Assembly (NCBI GenBank): GCA_963799845.1
Contig: CAWCYI010000001.1
Coordinates: forward strand, 32,001-96,000
Direction: 5' to 3'
From: an uncultured Nitrososphaerota archaeon
GTDB taxonomy: Archaea; Thermoproteota; Nitrososphaeria; Nitrososphaerales; CADDZS01
DNA length: 64,000 nucleotides
Of this stretch, positions 58,915 to 64,000 are shown in pieces. Each line of letters begins with the position of its first letter. The first letter of the stretch is position 1. The translations under genes and the position numbers were made by a program. Under the pieces are notes generated by a model. The model was not told where the DNA came from. It was given only the letters and a program-made list of their open reading frames with translations, and did not search any database.

Positions 58915-58999
58915 TTCAGTTCCTCCCTCCAGCAGCTCGGAGTCTGGAAAGAATGTATATCAGGCTTCCACGCGTTGCATGAAAACCTGAGTTCTCAGG

Positions 59000-61168
59000 T
59001 TACCTGTAGTACGGGACTGCTACTTTCTCTACAGGCTTTCCTTCTCTGGATGTCTTTACCTTTCGTATGGCATCCTCGAAGTGTCGCATCGTGACTAGAG
59101 CGTCGGTCGCGTTCTTCTTCGCGTCTTCCGGCTTTGGGAATTTTGCAACGTATTCCTGCAGTACAAGGGACACGGCGGTATTCACGACAGAGGTAATGTC
59201 CGCACCAGTGAATCCATCCATCATTTCTGCGACGCGGTCGAGATCAAGCTCCTTTGATATCGGCCTGTGCTTTGTCTGAATCTCCAGCACGGCTCTCCGT
59301 GCGTTCTTGTCTGGAGGTGGAATGTAGAGAAGCTTGTCAAACCTGCCCGCACGCAGCAGCGCCGGATCTACCATATCCATCCTGTTTGTTGCAGCAAGCA
59401 CAACGACTCCGTTCAGCGTCTGGATTCCATCAAGTTCAGTCAGTAGTTGGCTGACGACTCGCTCGGTTACCATGCTGTCGCCACCGAGCCCCCTTACTGG
59501 TGCGAGGGCGTCTATCTCGTCAAAGAAAATCACACAAGGGGAAGCCTGTCTCGCCCGACGAAACACTTCTCTGACTCCCCTCTCAGACTCTCCGACCCAC
59601 TTTGAAAGGAGCTCAGGACCTCTGACGCTGATGAAATTAGCTTCACTTTCGGTCGCCACGGATTTAGCAAGAAGAGTCTTACCAGTCCCCGAGGGACCGT
59701 ATAGCAGGATACCCTTCGGCATGCTGTAGCCTATGGCAGTGTAGAGATCCGGATACTTCAAAGGCCATTCGACGGCTTCCTGAAGTTCCTTCTTCACGGA
59801 TTCCAGCCCGCCAATGTCAGACCAGCGAATGTCGGGAGTTTCAAGATAGACTTCTCGCATCGCGGAAGGCATGACGTCCTTCAGCGCGTTCTCAAAGTCA
59901 TCCATCGTGACCTGCAACCTGTTGAGAAATTCGGGCTGAAGTTTGTCCTCTTCTAACTTTAGTTCGGGGAGCATCCGCCTCAATGTTTTCATGGCGCCTT
60001 CCTTGCAGAGATATTCAAGATCCGCGCCTACGAAGCCGTGAGTGACCGCAGAGAGTTTCTCAAGATCAACTTCCTGCGTAAGAGGCATGTGTCTGGTGTG
60101 AATCTGCAGGATCTCAAAACGTCCCCTCTTGTCCGGAACCTTGATCTCAATTTCCCGATCAAATCTTCCGGGTCTCCTTAATGCAGGATCAATTGCGTTC
60201 GGTCTGTTAGTTGCGGCAATTACGATGACCTTTCCTCTTGCCTCCAGACCGTCCATAAGCGAAAGAAGCTGAGACACAACCCTGCGCTCGACCTCTCCCG
60301 TCACTTCCTCTCGTTTAGGCGCGATGCTGTCAATCTCGTCGATGAAGACAATGGTCGGAGATTTTTCCCTCGCCTCTTTGAAAATCTCTCTCAGGCGAGC
60401 TTCGCTCTCACCATAGAACTTGCTCATGATCTCCGGCCCGGAGATGCTGATGAAATGTGCGTTGCTTTCGTTGGCAACCGCTTTAGCTAGAAGCGTCTTA
60501 CCAGTACCCGGAGGACCGTACAAAAGAACTCCCTTCGGAGCTTCAACGCCTAATTTTTCGAAAATTTCGGGGTGCCGAAGAGGCAACTCGATCATCTCCC
60601 TGACTTTTTGAATTTCGTCCTTGAGACCTCCGATATCCTCGTACGTAACTTGAGGGACGCCGCGGAGAGTCTCTCCCTTTTCCGAGATCGCGAATATCGT
60701 TCTCTGGGTGATCAGGACTGCATCGGCCATGGGACTGACACCCAAGACCTGGAAGGTCAATCTCCCACCAAAGTACGGAATCATAATATTGTCGCCCTTT
60801 GTGACTGGGACGCTCTCCAACGCGTCAGCAAGGTATCTCTCGTCGATTGGAGGAATCGCTTCCAGCGGTGCAACAACGACTTTTTCCGCCGGCGGCGCTT
60901 TTATCTTCTTGATTGTAACAGTGTCCCCAATCGCGACGCCCGAATTATTTCTGATTAAACCGTCAATTCTGATAACGCCCCTACCTTCGTCAGATGGATA
61001 TAACGGAAGACATTTCGCAACCGTACGACGCTTTCCCTTTATCTCAATGATGTCGCCAGTTGAGGCATCAAGAGCGTCCATAGCATCATAATCTATCCTC
61101 GCAACTCCGCGGCCTACGTCTCTGGTATAAGCTTCCAGAACTTTTAGCGTGACGCCTTGCTGACTCAT
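59000..61168 (-). CDS. cdc48: CDC48/VCP family AAA ATPase
   Basis: N-domain plus two AAA modules ([16 protein letters not shown]); C-terminal ...PYYR. Confidence 0.97.
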   Translation of the reverse strand: MSQQGVTLKVLEAYTRDVGRGVARIDYDAMDALDASTGDIIEIKGKRRTVAKCLPLYPSDEGRGVIRIDGLIRNNSGVAIGDTVTIKKIKAPPAEKVVVAPLEAIPPIDERYLADALESVPVTKGDNIMIPYFGGRLTFQVLGVSPMADAVLITQRTIFAISEKGETLRGVPQVTYEDIGGLKDEIQKVREMIELPLRHPEIFEKLGVEAPKGVLLYGPPGTGKTLLAKAVANESNAHFISISGPEIMSKFYGESEARLREIFKEAREKSPTIVFIDEIDSIAPKREEVTGEVERRVVSQLLSLMDGLEARGKVIVIAATNRPNAIDPALRRPGRFDREIEIKVPDKRGRFEILQIHTRHMPLTQEVDLEKLSAVTHGFVGADLEYLCKEGAMKTLRRMLPELKLEEDKLQPEFLNRLQVTMDDFENALKDVMPSAMREVYLETPDIRWSDIGGLESVKKELQEAVEWPLKYPDLYTAIGYSMPKGILLYGPSGTGKTLLAKSVATESEANFISVRGPELLSKWVGESERGVREVFRRARQASPCVIFFDEIDALAPVRGLGGDSMVTERVVSQLLTELDGIQTLNGVVVLAATNRMDMVDPALLRAGRFDKLLYIPPPDKNARRAVLEIQTKHRPISKELDLDRVAEMMDGFTGADITSVVNTAVSLVLQEYVAKFPKPEDAKKNATDALVTMRHFEDAIRKVKTSREGKPVEKVAVPYYR

Positions 61169-61405
61169 ATCACACGCTTTCCTTTACTGCCAGATTATGC
61201 CACTTCTATTATTTCTGTCTTTCACATACCTACGACTAATTCTAGATATTAGAAGTGAGTAGGCGAAATCTAGATTATGGCAGTGTTACAACTTTATCTC
61301 CAATCCTTTTTTCCGTGTCTGCGAGATCCGCGTGTAATCCTAATATATGTCGAGCGACCTTTTGCAGTTTCTTAAGCAAGAATTTTTTCGAGGTAACGAA
61401 GTAAT

Positions 61406-63241
61406 TTGTCCCATCGCGTTGCTGTCTTGGACAAAGACAGTTGTCATTCAAGAAAGTGTAATCTAGAGTGCATCACTTTTTGTCCGGTTAACAAAACCGG
61501 TAGCGATTGCATCGTCCTCGGTCAAGACACGAAAGCGGTGATAAGTGAAGAACTCTGCACGGGGTGCGGCATTTGCGTTAAGAAGTGTCCATTCGAGGCG
61601 ATAACGATTCTGAACCTTGCCACCGAACTAGGCAAGGAAAAAGTACACCAGTATGGAATCAACACGTACAGGCTGTACAAGCTACCTATTCCGAAGAAGA
61701 ACTCGGTCGTCGGCTTGGTTGGGAAAAACGGAGTCGGGAAATCGACCGCGCTCAATGTCCTATCGGGCTCTCTGAAACCTAATCTCGGAAACTATGAAAA
61801 AACGTCCTCTTGGGAAGAGATAATCGACGAATTTCAAGGTACGGAATTGCGGAGTCATTTCGAGTCTATAGCAAACGGAAAGTTGCGCGTTTCGATAAAG
61901 CCTCAGGCCGTGTACCTTATTCCAAAAGTCTGGACCGGCACAGTCCGCGCCCTCATGGAAAAGACTGCCGGATCTTCTAGAGATGTGTCAGAAGTTGCAG
62001 ATTTGCTCTCGCTGAAGCAGAGCCTGGACAGGAGTGTCTCGGAACTTAGTGGAGGCGAGCTCCAGAGGACGGCGGTAGCTGTCACCTATCTGAAGGATGC
62101 CGACCTCTACCTTTTTGACGAGCCTTCGAGCTACAACGATGTTTTTCAGAGAATGAATGTGTCGAAAGCGATTTCCGAGTTGTCCAAGAAAGCGGCCGTA
62201 ATTCTGGTAGAACACGATCTATCGTTCCTCGATTATCTGAGTGATTACATCCACATACTTTACGGCGAACCTGGAGTCTACGGGATCGTATCGTCGATTC
62301 AATCGGCGAGAACGGGGATAAACGAACTTCTTGAGGGTTATCTTCAAGCGGAAAACGTCAGATTCCGCGATCAACCGGTTCGGTTTGACATCTACTCTCC
62401 AATCGAAAACGAAACGGAAACTCCAGTAATTTGCAGTTACGACCAGCTGGTAAAGAGGTACGAGAACTTCGAATTGCAGGTTGAGCCAGCCGAGATCAAG
62501 ATGGGGCAGGTTGTGGGAATCCTAGGCGCAAACGCACTAGGCAAGACAACTTTTTTCAAAGTACTTTCGGGGATCGAGCCACCGACCAGCGGTCACGTGA
62601 ATGCCCTATCGAAGGTTGCCTACAAACCGCAGTACCTTTCAGCAGACACGGATGCCGATGTGATATCCTACTTCCGTTCAATAAACAAAAACATCGATTC
62701 CGGTCTGATTCAAACGCAGCTGATAACCCCCTTGAATCTGAACAAGTTGTACGAAAAACAACTGAAGAATTTGAGTGGGGGGGAATTGCAAAAAGTTGCG
62801 ATCGTCGGGACACTTCTCCAGGATGCTCAGATCTTCGCCTTCGACGAACCTTCAGCTTTCATTGATGTCGAGGATCGAATCGTGCTCGCAAAGTCGATTC
62901 AAAGATTCGTTCGGTCAATGGGCAAAACAGCCCTGATTGTAGATCATGATATACAACTCGTTGACATCGTCGCTGATTCGCTCATGATATTCTCCGGCGA
63001 ACCGGGTAGGAAGGGCAGAGCGAGTAAACCGCTTTCAAAGAACGAAGGAATGAACACGTTTCTCAAAGAGCTTGGGATCACCTACAGGAGAGACATTACG
63101 ACGGGACGGCCGCGCGTCAACAAACCCGAAAGCAAGCTTGACAGGATTCAGAAAAGCGATGGCAAATACTATTACGTGGGGAAAATGCCAACCGCCCCCG
63201 AGAACAAAAAGATAGCCAAGGTTGCAAGCGTCTCCGAGTAA
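61406..63241 (+). CDS. Ribosome recycling ATPase ABCE1/RLI
   Basis: N-terminal Fe-S cysteines (CTGCGICVKKCP); two ABC domains with LSGGELQ; TGRPRVNK. Confidence 0.96.
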   Translation: MSHRVAVLDKDSCHSRKCNLECITFCPVNKTGSDCIVLGQDTKAVISEELCTGCGICVKKCPFEAITILNLATELGKEKVHQYGINTYRLYKLPIPKKNSVVGLVGKNGVGKSTALNVLSGSLKPNLGNYEKTSSWEEIIDEFQGTELRSHFESIANGKLRVSIKPQAVYLIPKVWTGTVRALMEKTAGSSRDVSEVADLLSLKQSLDRSVSELSGGELQRTAVAVTYLKDADLYLFDEPSSYNDVFQRMNVSKAISELSKKAAVILVEHDLSFLDYLSDYIHILYGEPGVYGIVSSIQSARTGINELLEGYLQAENVRFRDQPVRFDIYSPIENETETPVICSYDQLVKRYENFELQVEPAEIKMGQVVGILGANALGKTTFFKVLSGIEPPTSGHVNALSKVAYKPQYLSADTDADVISYFRSINKNIDSGLIQTQLITPLNLNKLYEKQLKNLSGGELQKVAIVGTLLQDAQIFAFDEPSAFIDVEDRIVLAKSIQRFVRSMGKTALIVDHDIQLVDIVADSLMIFSGEPGRKGRASKPLSKNEGMNTFLKELGITYRRDITTGRPRVNKPESKLDRIQKSDGKYYYVGKMPTAPENKKIAKVASVSE

Positions 63242-63261
63242 TTCCGTGTGCCTGCCCTAAA

Positions 63262-64000
63262 ATGCCAATGCTGAAGACAGCTCTCAGAGGTTTGCTTACC
63301 GACGAAGAAATCAAGCATCTCTCCTCATCCTTCGATGTCATTGGAGACATTGCGATAATCAAGATCCCTTCGGAGCTTTCAGCAAAGGAATCTTTGATTG
63401 GCGAGGAACTCCTTAGGCATATGAAAAACGTCGTCACTGTCATGAAACAGAATTCCGATGTTCAGGGCGAGTACCGAATTAGGGACGTATCTGTAATAGC
63501 TGGCCTTGAAAAATACGAGACCGTATACAAGGAGAGCGGAATTTCCCTCAAGGTTGACGTCCGGTCAGTTTACTTTTCCCCGCGCCTCTCTACCGAGAGA
63601 CTGCGGATCAGATCTCTTGTTAACGAATGCGAGAGAATATTCAACATGTTTGCCGGAGTCGGTACTTTCTCCTTCGTCCTCGCAAAAACGGCAAACTGTC
63701 GGGTCTACAGTGTCGATAAGAACCCCGTAGCAATAAGGTTGGCGAACGAGTCTCTGAACCTCAACAAGAGGCTCAAGGGAACCGTAATTCCGGTGCTGTC
63801 GGACGCGGGCGAATTTGCCTCCTTACATCCGAACGAATTCGACCGCATCTTGATGCCCCTGCCAGAAAGATCCAAAGATTTCCTGCGTCACGCCCTAAAT
63901 TCTGCAAAGGCGTCAGGAGCTATCGTCCACTATTACGTCCACGTTCCCGAAGACGAATTCGAGGATGAATTGTGGATAAAACGTCACCTTGACGAGATCG
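63262..64000 (+). CDS. Trm5/Taw2 family tRNA methyltransferase (3' end runs off the window)
   Basis: Manual translation: SFDVIGDIAIIKIP, VYFSPRLSTER, NMFAGVG, DKNP.A, DRILMPLP. Confidence 0.9.
   Translation, partial: MPMLKTALRGLLTDEEIKHLSSSFDVIGDIAIIKIPSELSAKESLIGEELLRHMKNVVTVMKQNSDVQGEYRIRDVSVIAGLEKYETVYKESGISLKVDVRSVYFSPRLSTERLRIRSLVNECERIFNMFAGVGTFSFVLAKTANCRVYSVDKNPVAIRLANESLNLNKRLKGTVIPVLSDAGEFASLHPNEFDRILMPLPERSKDFLRHALNSAKASGAIVHYYVHVPEDEFEDELWIKRHLDEI

Noticed and set aside
1-64000. CRISPR array or rRNA genes
   Set aside because: No regularly spaced repeats or rRNA-like segments were seen; almost all the sequence is explained by CDSs.

Overview
Archaeal chromosomal DNA of roughly 49% GC (estimated by eye), most likely from a basal Nitrososphaerota/TACK lineage. 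This is inferred from GatDE, MCM-GINS, Hel308, RtcB, RpoP, a thaumarchaeal-type integrase remnant, many TTG starts and a heterotrophic gene set. Most of the window is core genome: TldD/PmbA, pyrI, A-type ATPase subunits K and I, rtcB-hel308-mcm-gins, rfcS-hisS, a zinc ferredoxin, pncB, rpoP, the HMG-CoA synthase/thiolase/DUF35 cluster, glyS, herA-nurA, gatDE, cdc48, ABCE1 and trm5. Accessory material comprises an amidohydrolase operon (0.6-4.1 kb), a probable sugar/amino-sugar uptake and oxidation cluster (28.5-40.3 kb), and an integration hotspot at 40.4-43.5 kb. The hotspot holds a divergent pair of intron-containing tRNAs: tRNA-Gly(GCC) with two introns and tRNA-Ala(GGC) with a complex D-loop intron. 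Each tRNA is followed by a decayed integrated element with an att-like repeat, and a complete IS630 sits in one of them. The most notable observations are four. (1) The thiolase partner of an intact HMG-CoA synthase has lost its catalytic Cys/His motifs. (2) gatD and that thiolase lack an ATG/GTG/TTG upstream of their conserved N-termini and appear to start at CTG. (3) A stand-alone nurA-herA pair faces two similarly built wHTH genes across a promoter carrying iterated boxes. (4) Several small ORFs are missing from the ORF track. Four single-base frameshifts (M20, mcm, hisS, thiolase) look like sequencing or assembly errors. No CRISPR array or rRNA was seen. I could not establish a clearly new multi-gene system; the candidates are ranked in the findings.
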